Virus record (IMG/VR): IMGVR_UViG_2894097338_000001
Location: 58,342-122,341 of that record
DNA from: a virus
Taxonomy: Duplodnaviria; Caudoviricetes
Length of the DNA stretch: 64,000 nucleotides
Direction: 5' to 3' (one strand)
Shown: piece after piece, positions 30,891 through 40,820 of the stretch
How positions within the stretch are numbered: position 1 is the stretch's first letter
Layout of the letters: each line of letters begins with the position of its first letter
The notes under the pieces: model-generated
The model's database searches: none
What the model was told of the DNA's origin: nothing
Seen by the model: only the letters and a program-made list of their open reading frames with translations
Program-made: the position numbers and the translations under genes

Positions 30891-31686
30891 TGATTAGTTC
30901 GACTCTATAAGTAGTATCTCTTAGGCTGTTGTAGTATTCGTCAGATTTCTTTTCCATTCTAAGGAATGATGCAGCTTGTTCATCATCATCTTTTACAAGT
31001 GTAATAAAGATATGTCTCCATCCATCCTCATCAATATTTTTTGGGTTGCTAATTTTAGATAATAAATCCTCTGTATATTTAATATCTCGATCCATTTCAT
31101 CCATAGCTGCTTCATAAGTCTTCATCTTATCTTGAGGAACTTTATCAATGTTTTCTCTAGATTCTTTCAATGATAACCTAGTGTTGTCCGCATCCTCTTT
31201 TAGTGATTTAGAAATGATTTCAATATCTGATTCTGTAATACTTAATACATTTTTTGATCTAGACATCCAGGTTACCTCTCCGTTTTTATTCTCATAAATA
31301 AGGCTGCTTGGAATTTTACTTTCTTGCGCCTCAATTCTTTCTGCTTCGATTTTTAATGTATATAAAATAGCTCTTTGAACGATTTTAATTGATTTCATCC
31401 AGTCATCACCAGTAAAGATAACTGTTAGGTCACGTCCGTTATAGTTAATTTTTGACTCTACATCTGGCTTATCAATAGTTTTTAAATATTGAATCGTATC
31501 GAACCATCCTTGTGCCGTAGATTGAATGGCTCCAACAAATTTATAATCCTTTTCTCCAGGCTTAACCTGCTCTCCTACAGTATAATTTCCTCCCAGACTA
31601 AATACACAAAGAGTCAAATCTTTTCTACCCTCTACTAAAATGTCTCCTTGTCCGAATACTACTTTCATTTCCTCTGCGTTAATCAT
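30862..31686 (-). CDS. hypothetical protein (possible two-gene fusion)
   Basis: 274-aa ORF; internal GGAGAGG RBS before in-frame MSRSKN. Confidence 0.65.
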   Translation of the reverse strand: MINAEEMKVVFGQGDILVEGRKDLTLCVFSLGGNYTVGEQVKPGEKDYKFVGAIQSTAQGWFDTIQYLKTIDKPDVESKINYNGRDLTVIFTGDDWMKSIKIVQRAILYTLKIEAERIEAQESKIPSSLIYENKNGEVTWMSRSKNVLSITESDIEIISKSLKEDADNTRLSLKESRENIDKVPQDKMKTYEAAMDEMDRDIKYTEDLLSKISNPKNIDEDGWRHIFITLVKDDDEQAASFLRMEKKSDEYYNSLRDTTYRVELISGIAGMYNG

Positions 31687-31737
31687 ATAAGTTTCCCCTT
31701 TTATTTTTATAGTAAAAATTCTTTTTTATTCTGCCCT

Positions 31738-32196
31738 TTAAATTCTTTTTTCCATGTCATAAATAAACGATGAAAAAGTTCTTTTATTGAACTTAATCAA
31801 CCTTGTAAGATTATCCTTATTAGGTGGCTGAGCATATGCGCCTTCAATAACTATGCCACGTTCTTTAATTCTTAAGTAACCATTGTTGTCAAAGTCACGA
31901 TCGTAATAATCATCATAATCTGCCTTTATAGAATCGGCTTCAATTGGTTTAAAGTCTGTCCAGCACTCGTCAGATATCTCTTTTAATGAATCTAGTAATT
32001 TCTTAAATTGATCTGACGTAAATTCATAATCATTTTTAAGACCTTTGCCATCAATGTAAATGCCGCCACGAGGATGCTCTTTTAAGTCGCTGTCTTCGTA
32101 TCGCTTCATAAAGAATACTGCTGATTTCCTATATTGAACTATTAAATCTACTCCATTTGTATCAGTAAAGATAATTTCTTTTAAACTCTTACTCAT
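31738..32196 (-). CDS. hypothetical protein
   Basis: ORF with GGAGGA RBS. Confidence 0.7.
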   Translation of the reverse strand: MSKSLKEIIFTDTNGVDLIVQYRKSAVFFMKRYEDSDLKEHPRGGIYIDGKGLKNDYEFTSDQFKKLLDSLKEISDECWTDFKPIEADSIKADYDDYYDRDFDNNGYLRIKERGIVIEGAYAQPPNKDNLTRLIKFNKRTFSSFIYDMEKRI

Positions 32197-32219
32197 AATT
32201 TCCTCCGTTGATGTACTTT

Positions 32220-32390
32220 TTAAATAGAATCTATAATAATAGTTCTACATTCGCCTTTGCTTTCTTTTACGGCCTCTTCCAGATCCTTGAATACATTATC
32301 ACTGTTCTCGTTAGTAAGTAGTGATTTGTTAGTCTGATATAATCCACACGTATCAATTACTATATCTGTAGGAAATACTACACCTTTCAT
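32220..32390 (-). CDS. small hypothetical protein (not in ORF track)
   Basis: AAGGAGG RBS, MKGVVFPTDIV...IDSI*. Confidence 0.5.
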   Translation of the reverse strand: MKGVVFPTDIVIDTCGLYQTNKSLLTNENSDNVFKDLEEAVKESKGECRTIIIDSI

Positions 32391-32424
32391 AAATGACTTC
32401 CTCCTTATAAAATGTTCATTTTAT

Positions 32425-32868
32425 TTACATAACTTTTATTTCAGAAATAACATTCTTATTAGATAACTCTACAACACCGTTAATGATTAATTTTGATATT
32501 AAACAGTTATTGAAAGGAACCGTCGTATCTTCGTCTATCTCCAATCTATAACTTACAGATTCAATATCATATACAACCTTAGCGATATATTTTGATCCAT
32601 TTGTGTATGTAATAAGTACATTGTCTCCAGAATAAATTTTTTCTCCTTCAACATCCGTCTTCCCTATAAACTGGCCGATAGTATCTCCATCGACTATTGC
32701 ATGTCCATCGTAATCCGTTAAATCTAAATACCAATTTCCTTCTCTTCCAGTTTCCTTCTTGTAGTCATCTGAAAACTCTACGAATGACAATCCAGTTCCA
32801 AATACCCACTGACCTTTTAAGTCTCCGCTTGACACCATTCCTTTAAAGCTTGGTTCGATAAATTTCAT
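32425..32868 (-). CDS. YopX-family protein
   Basis: GQWVFG...TIGQFIGKTDVEGEKIYSGDNV. Confidence 0.8.
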   Translation of the reverse strand: MKFIEPSFKGMVSSGDLKGQWVFGTGLSFVEFSDDYKKETGREGNWYLDLTDYDGHAIVDGDTIGQFIGKTDVEGEKIYSGDNVLITYTNGSKYIAKVVYDIESVSYRLEIDEDTTVPFNNCLISKLIINGVVELSNKNVISEIKVM

Positions 32869-32870
32869 TT

Positions 32871-33131
32871 TTATAACTCCTTAATAAATTTTTCTGTTTC
32901 TAATACTCCAGTCAACTCCAGTAACCCCATAGCAAATGTAATGACTTGATCTTTTGTCATCTGATCATTTACTCCATGATTAATAAGGATAAACTCTAGA
33001 TCATCTGCCTCGTAATCGCTTGGTTTGTAATGACGCATTTCAGCTGTAATATAATTTCTTTTGTTTGTAGCCCCAGATCTTAATATCGCAACTCGATTAT
33101 CTTCATGTTTTGGCATTCTTTCTACCTCCAA
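32871..33131 (-). CDS. hypothetical protein
   Basis: ORF in array. Confidence 0.6.
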   Translation of the reverse strand: MEVERMPKHEDNRVAILRSGATNKRNYITAEMRHYKPSDYEADDLEFILINHGVNDQMTKDQVITFAMGLLELTGVLETEKFIKEL

Positions 33132-33155
33132 TTTGCTCGTTTGTATAAGTTGATA

Positions 33156-33190
33156 TCTAGAGAATCAATCTCGAGGAAAAATTCTCTAGA
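33156..33190 (-). terminator. stem-loop downstream of J-domain gene
   Basis: TCTAGAGAAT...ATTCTCTAGA inverted repeat. Confidence 0.45.
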
Positions 33191-33201
33191 TTCGGGACAA
33201 T

Positions 33202-33921
33202 TTATTTTTTCACTTCAAATTTTGGACTCTTAACTCTTGCTGTCTTCTCAACGATTCTAAAACCTTTGTCGTATTTTCCAAGACCAAAGCTATAGTAGAA
33301 GTTTGTGCTAAAGTAGTCGATCATACCGTCGCTATCGTCGTATCTATAAGACATAAGCTGCTCGAAAACATCATTTAATACTTCATATCCAAAATCATTT
33401 AAGATAGGCATTTCCTCTCTATCTCGCATTCTATGAATATCAATGTTAATTCCACCTGCTTTAAAATCTTCTCCTTCTTCGTGATCGTAAAAGTCTACGT
33501 AGCAGTTATCTTTAATCTTGTCGCGCTCTAGAATTTCATAAGGGGCCTCCATTGCTGCCACGCTGATAGAAGATCCTCCACTATAGAATTGACATGTGAT
33601 ACTGAATTTCCAAGTCGGATAAACTTCTTTTACATATTTTCTTAAGTTTGCTGCAATTTCTTTTGTTCCAAGATTAGAATTATACTGGCTACCAGCCCAT
33701 CCATATTGAGTGTAAAATTCAGATCTTGTGCTGCTAGCTGTTTCTGTTGTTTTGACTTTACTCTTCGTTTTCCAAATCGGGAATAGCATATCGTATTCAT
33801 TGTTAATTTCTTTAATTACTGAATCGTCTCCGCCAGTAATGTCTGGATGATGCTTTTTCGATAATTCTCTAAATTGTTTCTTTAAATCATCAAATGATTT
33901 AACTCTCTTAAAATGTGCCAT
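33202..33921 (-). CDS. J-domain protein fused to LPD29-like domain
   Basis: LKKQFRELSKKHHPD...KEINNEYD; C-terminal KFSIT...YSGGSSI...YRYDDSDGMIDYFSTNFY. Confidence 0.8.
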   Translation of the reverse strand: MAHFKRVKSFDDLKKQFRELSKKHHPDITGGDDSVIKEINNEYDMLFPIWKTKSKVKTTETASSTRSEFYTQYGWAGSQYNSNLGTKEIAANLRKYVKEVYPTWKFSITCQFYSGGSSISVAAMEAPYEILERDKIKDNCYVDFYDHEEGEDFKAGGINIDIHRMRDREEMPILNDFGYEVLNDVFEQLMSYRYDDSDGMIDYFSTNFYYSFGLGKYDKGFRIVEKTARVKSPKFEVKK

Positions 33922-34033
33922 GTTAATCTCTCCTTTTTAATTGTAAATACTTATGGTTCTTTGAAACTTTTGCTGATGAATGAATCATAACACTATATAC
34001 TTTTGTTGTCAATGCTTATGGTTAATATTTTTT

Positions 34034-34282
34034 TTACATACCAAAAGATTCTTCTGCAGCTTCAATCATTTCTGATTCGTCATTCTCTCTTACCTCTTTG
34101 ATATACTTGTCAAACATAGATAAAAACTCTTCAAGCTTATATAATTCTTTTACTGCAGCTGTTCTCTCATTGTGACAAGTATCAATTTCTTCTATCTTAT
34201 AAGCATGTTTTATTTGACGACCCATTATTTCAACCGTAACTTTTCTATCTTCGATTATCTTCAAAATGTCTTCTCTACTCAT
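34034..34282 (-). CDS. hypothetical protein
   Basis: early-region ORF with RBS. Confidence 0.6.
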   Translation of the reverse strand: MSREDILKIIEDRKVTVEIMGRQIKHAYKIEEIDTCHNERTAAVKELYKLEEFLSMFDKYIKEVRENDESEMIEAAEESFGM

Positions 34283-34284
34283 AT

Positions 34285-34521
34285 TTATTTTCCCTCCTGG
34301 ATAATTTCTTTATTTTCTTGACTATTTCCATCTACGATAATTTTTTCTTTTCGTCCAAGCTTGTACATTACACTCAATCCCATGTCGTTACCTTCGTACA
34401 CTGATCTGTAATGGTCGGCTAACATATCCGCCGTCATTATATCCCAACACATAGCAAGCTCTATTCCTTTGTGATTCTCTATATTATTATCCACCAACAT
34501 GAATTTATGTTTTCTTCTCAT
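34285..34521 (-). CDS. hypothetical protein
   Basis: early-region ORF with RBS. Confidence 0.6.
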   Translation of the reverse strand: MRRKHKFMLVDNNIENHKGIELAMCWDIMTADMLADHYRSVYEGNDMGLSVMYKLGRKEKIIVDGNSQENKEIIQEGK

Positions 34522-34523
34522 GA

Positions 34524-34796
34524 TTAACTCCCTCTTTTCTTAATTTGTAATTTAGTTTTTAGCTTAAATGACTCGTAACTCTTCTGTCTAATTCTATCAG
34601 CAAAATCTCCTATGTGACTTGTAAGTGGTATCCAATTTCCCTCCTTAGTTAATCCATACATTGTAACATTTCCCTGCTGTAGTCTAAATTCCTCTCTCTT
34701 AACCCCTGCGAACTCGCATAACTCTTCTACCAGTCTTTTCTTTTCTTTATTCATTACTGACTGTGTAGTGAACTCAATTGACTCAAATTCAAACAT
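34524..34796 (-). CDS. hypothetical protein
   Basis: early-region ORF with RBS. Confidence 0.65.
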   Translation of the reverse strand: MFEFESIEFTTQSVMNKEKKRLVEELCEFAGVKREEFRLQQGNVTMYGLTKEGNWIPLTSHIGDFADRIRQKSYESFKLKTKLQIKKRGS

Positions 34797-34810
34797 TTTC
34801 TATTCCTCCT

Positions 34811-35002
34811 TTATTTTTCATCCATAATTTCTTCAATTTCTGAAATCTCACCATCGCTATATCCTAGCTCGTTTAAATATTTTTTATCCTCTACACTAAG
34901 CTCTTCGCAACTTCCCAAGAATGAAAAACACTCATTAGTGATTGTTTCTGTTGTACTATTTTTGTCTACATCAAACCTCTTAAACCATGCTCTTAAACTC
35001 AT
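34811..35002 (-). CDS. acidic hypothetical protein
   Basis: early-region ORF with RBS. Confidence 0.6.
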   Translation of the reverse strand: MSLRAWFKRFDVDKNSTTETITNECFSFLGSCEELSVEDKKYLNELGYSDGEISEIEEIMDEK

Positions 35003-35083
35003 ATTAACCTCTCCTTATTAAAAGTTTTTCTCCATAAGACACTCATAATATGAATGCCTTAGCAAAAATTCTTTTTATTCCTG

Positions 35084-35335
35084 TCATCTTTTATACTTTG
35101 AAGCAAAGATGACTTGCCCCATAAATTCGATATATTCTTCTCTCTTAAAGCCATCTATTTTAACTTCTACCTCGTGAGTTGAATCAAGTTGTTCCCTATC
35201 ATATAAGTTATTCTGTTGATAATTACCTATTAAATACTCTGTATTATCTCTTTTGATTCTCTTTTCTGGTTTAAAATAATTTTTCTCTGTTTCTGAATGA
35301 TAAACTAAATATGGTTTTTCTTTAAAAATCTTCAT
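35084..35335 (-). CDS. hypothetical protein
   Basis: early-region ORF with RBS. Confidence 0.6.
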   Translation of the reverse strand: MKIFKEKPYLVYHSETEKNYFKPEKRIKRDNTEYLIGNYQQNNLYDREQLDSTHEVEVKIDGFKREEYIEFMGQVIFASKYKR

Positions 35336-35377
35336 GATATATTCCTACTTTCTAAAATAATTGTTTTATCTACATTT

Positions 35378-35629
35378 CTATTCCACATCTTTTCTAAAAT
35401 TAACTATCATGTATTCAATCCATTGCTCTGGTGTGCTTCCGTATGTATATCCGTTGTAACTACACTGTTTCCACATATTAATACTTATATTTTGACTTAT
35501 TTCATTTTCTGTACAATTGTGTTCTTCCAACTTTTTATTTAGAATTTCCATATATTCATCTTCGGATACTTCGACTTTATAAGAGTCTCTTCCTGTTTCG
35601 TACTTTGACTTGATGACCTCTATTCTCAT
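35378..35629 (-). CDS. hypothetical protein
   Basis: early-region ORF with GGAGGA RBS. Confidence 0.65.
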   Translation of the reverse strand: MRIEVIKSKYETGRDSYKVEVSEDEYMEILNKKLEEHNCTENEISQNISINMWKQCSYNGYTYGSTPEQWIEYMIVNFRKDVE

Positions 35630-35677
35630 TTCAATTCCTCCAATAAATTCTTTTTATTTGTGTAATTTTTTATCTAG

Positions 35678-35875
35678 TTAAAATTCTATATTTGTACATA
35701 TCTCAAAAGCTTCATGATTAGTAAATTTATCCATTGCCCACTTTTGAAAAGAATAGATAGCTTCACTTTTTGTAATTAAACCTCTATCAAGTAAAGATTT
35801 TTCTTTATTGTATCTTTCATTAACCTCGCTATTCTCTGCTAAATCTAACAAGTGTGTAAAGTTATATTTTTCCAT
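35678..35875 (-). CDS. hypothetical protein
   Basis: early-region ORF with RBS. Confidence 0.6.
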   Translation of the reverse strand: MEKYNFTHLLDLAENSEVNERYNKEKSLLDRGLITKSEAIYSFQKWAMDKFTNHEAFEICTNIEF

Positions 35876-35978
35876 TTCAATTCCACCTTTATTTTATTTT
35901 TCTTGATAAAAGAAATATTCTATCAATCGTGTTCGCTTTGTTCTGCGATTATTTCCGCCTTTAATTTTTATTTTTTTA

Positions 35979-36437
35979 TTAGTCTTCTTTTGAATTTTCA
36001 AAATCTTCGATTCGTTTCATTGCGATGTTTACTCCCACCAGTAACGCATTATCATTCTTGATTTGATCGACAGTCATTCCAAGTGCTTCAATAGCAGGAT
36101 CAGCGTCATAAGTATATCCATATTCATGGTTGTTTAGCTCGTACTCAAACATATCTGCGATATATCCTGTTCCGTCTTTATCTTCTGCGATATTTCTTTT
36201 TTCTTCTGCCCTTATCTCTTCAAACATTTTTTCATAAGCTTCTGCGTCAGTTTTTCTAATGATTCCTCCACCTGCAATTGATAACACTTTGTCTTTGTCG
36301 TCTTTTGTAAGGCCTAAATCATTCATTGCTTCCTCGAATTGTTTTTCATCAAAGAAGAATCTCATAGGAAATTCGTTTACTCGTTTTTGATGTCTGCTTT
36401 TCATTTCTGCGTATTTGTTAGTCATTTTATTTTCCAC
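35979..36437 (-). CDS. conserved mobile-element hypothetical protein
   Basis: FPMRFFFDEKQF...GGGIIRK...MFEYELNNHEYGYT motif seen in Firmicute mobile elements. Confidence 0.7.
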   Translation of the reverse strand: MENKMTNKYAEMKSRHQKRVNEFPMRFFFDEKQFEEAMNDLGLTKDDKDKVLSIAGGGIIRKTDAEAYEKMFEEIRAEEKRNIAEDKDGTGYIADMFEYELNNHEYGYTYDADPAIEALGMTVDQIKNDNALLVGVNIAMKRIEDFENSKED

Positions 36438-36446
36438 CTTTATTTT

Positions 36447-36656
36447 TTAGTTTTTGTATTCTTTATATCTAAGTTCATATCCAATATTTTCCGATGTTTC
36501 TATGTACCACTGTTCGTGGTCTCGATAATTTTCTTTTGTTTCTGACTGACTAGCTAGGTTTTTCATAAAATTGTCGGCCGCTTCAAAGTCTTTATAATTT
36601 GTCGATGTTTGGCCGCTCATTGTTGATTTTATTATTACGGCATTTTCTAATTTCAT
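36447..36656 (-). CDS. hypothetical protein
   Basis: early-region ORF with RBS. Confidence 0.6.
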   Translation of the reverse strand: MKLENAVIIKSTMSGQTSTNYKDFEAADNFMKNLASQSETKENYRDHEQWYIETSENIGYELRYKEYKN

Positions 36657-36738
36657 GATGTCTCCTTTCGATTTTTATTAACCTTGCTTATCACTGCGTT
36701 TCGCATTTAATAAAATTTCTTTTTATTTCTGACAATAA

Positions 36739-37104
36739 TTATTGCTGACCGACAATTACTTGTGGACGATTATTTAATTGGTATAACATTACTACTTGAT
36801 TAATATAAGACTTCTTCTTATCTAATTTATTAGCTACCTCTAATTGAGTTAGTCCATAAGATAATAGATGTCTAATGTCATTCGCTAGGTTTGACGTTTT
36901 GTTCTTTCCGTTTTCACTCATTCTTGTTGCTAAGGCCAAGTAAGCTGATAGATTATTGTTTTCGCCTTTTACATAAGATACTTCTGTAATAATTCCATTC
37001 TGCTCTAATCTCGCGATTGTCTTAAGTCCTCCAACAAATTTTCTGTTCTCATAAGTCACGTTGCCACCATTTAATTTTGTAATATCAAACCCTAAATTTT
37101 TCAT
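36739..37104 (-). CDS. protein with C-terminal HTH
   Basis: GLTQLEVANKLDKKKSYINQV. Confidence 0.7.
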   Translation of the reverse strand: MKNLGFDITKLNGGNVTYENRKFVGGLKTIARLEQNGIITEVSYVKGENNNLSAYLALATRMSENGKNKTSNLANDIRHLLSYGLTQLEVANKLDKKKSYINQVVMLYQLNNRPQVIVGQQ

Positions 37105-37307
37105 TTTTCTTCCTCCTAAAATTTCTTTTTAATGCTGCCCTACATATTTGTGTATTTAACGTTTTCTCTAGCTCTCATAGTTAGATAAAATTCAATTTCA
37201 TCATCGTTGTAGCGTCCATCATAAATATCTGATAAGCCTATATTTGCTTTTCCTTTAACCTCTTCTGCAATTTCTTTCATTCTTTCCTGTGTCATCTTTA
37301 TTTCCTC

Positions 37308-37547
37308 CTAGATTAATTTCTCTAATGATTTTTCTAATACTAAAGCTTCTACGTCGTCATATGTGTAGTCAGTTAGGAAAAATTCTAAATCTTGCTGACC
37401 ATCTGTCACACCGTCTAGCCACTTCTCAACAAACTCTCTTTCAAACGCGACTACCTTCTCGACACCTTTTTCTTCATAGTATAAAATTACTGGGTTTATA
37501 ATCATCTTGTTTCCTCCTAAAATTTTTTTAATTGCTCCATAGAACAC
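37308..37547 (-). CDS. hypothetical protein
   Basis: True start probably MIINPV after GGAGG. Confidence 0.6.
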   Translation of the reverse strand: MFYGAIKKILGGNKMIINPVILYYEEKGVEKVVAFEREFVEKWLDGVTDGQQDLEFFLTDYTYDDVEALVLEKSLEKLI

Positions 37548-37596
37548 TTAATTAATAAGTGCTCTAGCAACGATTAAAGATGTAAATACTTATGGT

Positions 37597-37914
37597 TTAA
37601 TGTGTTGTTACTGATATTCCATGTAAGTCACTTGTAACGAACAGCGTATCGCAACCATAATACCCGCATACACTTTCAAAGATCCCAGCTGGCGTCTCTT
37701 CACTGAATAAGTTTGAATATAAATCTAACACCGATTCAAAACTTGCGTCGTAGTAGTATGTTTGACAATCGCTATCAACTTCATTAATTATCTCTTCGGC
37801 GTTGCCCGATGGTTTTCCAAGGCAATTCTTAATTGATTTTTTTAAATCTTCGTCTGTTATATCTTTTTCTTGGAAATACTGCTCTAGTCTCTCTTCAAAT
37901 GTTTTCATTTTCAT
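37597..37914 (-). CDS. acidic hypothetical protein
   Basis: early-region ORF with GGAGG RBS. Confidence 0.65.
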   Translation of the reverse strand: MKMKTFEERLEQYFQEKDITDEDLKKSIKNCLGKPSGNAEEIINEVDSDCQTYYYDASFESVLDLYSNLFSEETPAGIFESVCGYYGCDTLFVTSDLHGISVTTH

Positions 37915-37933
37915 TTCCTCCGATAATTTCTTT

Positions 37934-38191
37934 TTATTTTTGCCCTTTATAATTCATGTGTTCGTATCGCTTGCTCAAAACCTCGTCAGTATCTTTATTC
38001 ATACGCTTTTCAATCTCTTTGCCAAGCTTATTGTTTGATTCATCATCTAGTAATTGAAGCATCCAAGTTTGTCTGTTGTGAAGAGTATGATAATAATCTG
38101 CTTCTTGCTTCCTTTCTTTAAGTGCTGCGGCCATAACTACCACCGTTACTAATAAGATTCCTATCACTAACTTACTTGTATGTTTTTTCAT
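37934..38191 (-). CDS. small signal-anchored protein
   Basis: N-terminal TM. Confidence 0.65.
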   Translation of the reverse strand: MKKHTSKLVIGILLVTVVVMAAALKERKQEADYYHTLHNRQTWMLQLLDDESNNKLGKEIEKRMNKDTDEVLSKRYEHMNYKGQK

Positions 38192-38229
38192 TTTTCTTCC
38201 TCCTAAATTTTCTTTTTTATTTGATAACT

Positions 38230-38607
38230 TTAAATTGAAATAACTACGAATGTTTTAAAGTTGGCTGGCGTACCATCTGTCAATTGGAATATGTTTAAAT
38301 AATCTTCTGCAAACTTCTCAACATCATTTAGATATTTTTCCCACTTACTCGCTACTGTTGTGTCATTATCTCCGTAGTAGTCAATGTATTCTTCTACTGT
38401 CATATCAATAGTTCTATCAAATTCTTTTCTTGCGTACCCTCTAGCAATTTTTTTTAATCCATCTTCTCCACAACACTCTTCAATAGCCTTCAATGCTGTG
38501 TCGTATATTAGTCCGTCGTACATAAATGACTCGTAAAACATCTGCTCATGATTCTTTCTAACATCTGCCAATTCTTCTTCTGATAAAAATTCTTTTACTG
38601 TTTTCAT
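38230..38607 (-). CDS. acidic hypothetical protein
   Basis: early-region ORF. Confidence 0.65.
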   Translation of the reverse strand: MKTVKEFLSEEELADVRKNHEQMFYESFMYDGLIYDTALKAIEECCGEDGLKKIARGYARKEFDRTIDMTVEEYIDYYGDNDTTVASKWEKYLNDVEKFAEDYLNIFQLTDGTPANFKTFVVISI

Positions 38608-39146
38608 TATTTTCTTCCGCCTTTAATTTTTTCTACAATCTCGTTCACTGCCGATTTCATAAGTTGATTGTCACTAAATAATTGCGACCAATAATGATAT
38701 GGACTATCTTCATCTTTCCAGGCCTTCATTACTGTGTCTGAATATCTAACACTTGTCACAAACTCACCATACTCATGTAGGTCACAATCTCCATCGATAG
38801 CTTCGTATCCTTCGTTGATAATGTCACCTTGAATGCCAACCATTTCTAATATGTATGAGATATCCTCTTGATTAAATTTATTTTCTAATGTTTCCATTTC
38901 CATTTCCTCCGCTTCATCTTCTCCGTTTATCCAAGCTACTGCTTTTTCTAATGTGTCAAATTCCTCTACGTTGCATTCTGAATAGGTTTCATTTATGACT
39001 CCTATAAAAATTTCTCCATCTTGGAAAATAAAGCTGCCTGTATTTTCGCTTGTAAATTCATAGCTTTCGTTATCCTGTCCTTTGCACCATTCATCTATAA
39101 TCTTGCTTCCAGTTTCTTTTTCGATAAGTTTGTAAGTCATTTCCAT
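38607..39146 (-). CDS. acidic hypothetical protein
   Basis: early-region ORF. Confidence 0.65.
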   Translation of the reverse strand: MEMTYKLIEKETGSKIIDEWCKGQDNESYEFTSENTGSFIFQDGEIFIGVINETYSECNVEEFDTLEKAVAWINGEDEAEEMEMETLENKFNQEDISYILEMVGIQGDIINEGYEAIDGDCDLHEYGEFVTSVRYSDTVMKAWKDEDSPYHYWSQLFSDNQLMKSAVNEIVEKIKGGRK

Positions 39147-39198
39147 TCCTCCGATAATTTCTTTTAGTTGTTAAAATCATCATTTTATACAGTTGTCA

Positions 39199-39573
39199 TT
39201 AATCAAATTGCATATCAGTTATCCATTGGTCTATTGTGTCAATCAGTAAATTATAGTTAATAAACTCGGAATAATCATGGCTGTCAACAAACATCTTCCA
39301 GCTATCCTTTAAGTCACTTTCGCTGCCTCCGATTTCATTTTTATATTCTTTCTCATAAAAATCTTTAAAATCATCAATGTTTTTGCAATAAATATTGGCT
39401 GATTCTAATACGCTTAATGCGCTACAAATACATGTTACTTCAAACGACTCTTCAAATGTCTCTTTCTCCATTTCTCCTTTTAATGTTTTTGCATACTCTA
39501 TAATTTCACTTTCAGTCATGCTAGATTCTAATTTTGAAAAATCATCTAATACCTTATATTGCTTTTCTTTCAT
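39199..39573 (-). CDS. acidic hypothetical protein
   Basis: early-region ORF. Confidence 0.65.
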   Translation of the reverse strand: MKEKQYKVLDDFSKLESSMTESEIIEYAKTLKGEMEKETFEESFEVTCICSALSVLESANIYCKNIDDFKDFYEKEYKNEIGGSESDLKDSWKMFVDSHDYSEFINYNLLIDTIDQWITDMQFD

Positions 39574-39607
39574 TTTAATTCCTCCTAAAATTTCTTTTAT
39601 TCGTTAA

Positions 39608-39844
39608 CTACTCTTCGTCAAACTGACCAACAAGCCATTCATCACTGTAATATTTCAAATCTTCGTCACTTAATTTTGAGAAGTCCATATCGTCTTCTGT
39701 CTGTCCTTCGAATTGCCCATGTCCTCTCATAATTTCTAATCTTTCAATAATGTACTTTCTTTCTTCGATTCCCATTTCATTTCCTCCTAAATTTTCTTTT
39801 TTACGCTGCTTTATAAATCGCTTCGCCGTTGCTAAATTGCGCAA
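39608..39844 (-). CDS. small acidic protein
   Basis: True start probably at the GGAGG-led MGIEERK. Confidence 0.55.
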   Translation of the reverse strand: MRNLATAKRFIKQRKKENLGGNEMGIEERKYIIERLEIMRGHGQFEGQTEDDMDFSKLSDEDLKYYSDEWLVGQFDEE

Positions 39845-40307
39845 CCTTCAATAATGGCGTTGTATACTTGCCAATTAATTTAAGTAAACGTTTGTGGTGT
39901 GGTGTGTACTGTTCCAATAATTCAGCTTGTGTATCGTAGTATCCGTCAAGTAAATTGTCGGGATCGGTCTCTACAATTACTTGCACACCTGCATAGTACC
40001 CACTTTCAAGAGTTAACTCGGCTACAAGCTTATCTGTTTTGTTATAAACTTTTGCTGAATAATTTCCTTTTTCCTTTACTACTGTATAGCCGCGTTCTGT
40101 CAACCAATAGTTTAGGCCGCAACCGTCGTTAAACATTTCTCCACAATCCATTTCTTCATACATGTTAATTTCTTCCTGGATGGCTTCTTCTGTAATATCT
40201 GCCAATTCCCAGCCGTTTTCGATTAAATTTTCTTTTGCGTCTGACTCACTTATTTGTTGTAATACGAATATACCGTTCTCATGATTCCAAAAATTGTTAG
40301 TTGCCAT
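39801..40307 (-). CDS. conserved phage early protein
   Basis: MATNNF...LESGYYAGVQ...VAQFSNGEAIY. Confidence 0.7.
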   Translation of the reverse strand: MATNNFWNHENGIFVLQQISESDAKENLIENGWELADITEEAIQEEINMYEEMDCGEMFNDGCGLNYWLTERGYTVVKEKGNYSAKVYNKTDKLVAELTLESGYYAGVQVIVETDPDNLLDGYYDTQAELLEQYTPHHKRLLKLIGKYTTPLLKVAQFSNGEAIYKAA

Positions 40308-40695
40308 TATTATTTCCTCCTAAAATTTCTTTTTTTGCTAAAAATTCTTTCGCGATTATGCCTTGTTGCTTAGCCACTTCGTAGTAATCATTTTCGTATT
40401 CTGTAATATACCCACAGGCTTCCGTAAATGTATAAGCAATTTTTAGTAGAAATTCGTCATCTTCACTGCTACCTAGCTTAAATGTACCCTCATCTTTATT
40501 TAATCTTTTTAAGTACCCTAAATCTATCAACTCGTCTAGGTAATCAAATTCGTGGTCTAGCATGTACTCTCTTGTACGACTCTTTACTTCTGTCTCAACT
40601 CCAATCTCGGTTTTATTCACTTCCTTTTCCCAAATTTCAAAATGATTACCTTTACTTAAGGCACTTTCAATTATTTTCTCTTTCAATGTCAACAT
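40297..40695 (-). CDS. hypothetical protein
   Basis: early-region ORF. Confidence 0.65.
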   Translation of the reverse strand: MLTLKEKIIESALSKGNHFEIWEKEVNKTEIGVETEVKSRTREYMLDHEFDYLDELIDLGYLKRLNKDEGTFKLGSSEDDEFLLKIAYTFTEACGYITEYENDYYEVAKQQGIIAKEFLAKKEILGGNNNGN

Positions 40696-40820
40696 TTTCT
40701 AATTCCTCCTAAAATTTCTTTTTATTTGTGTTAAATCACTTACTAGATTGTACGAATGGAAGTTTTTTTATTTTTCCTGTAGGAAGGTTCATACAATCTA
40801 GCAAGTGATTTAACACTTGC

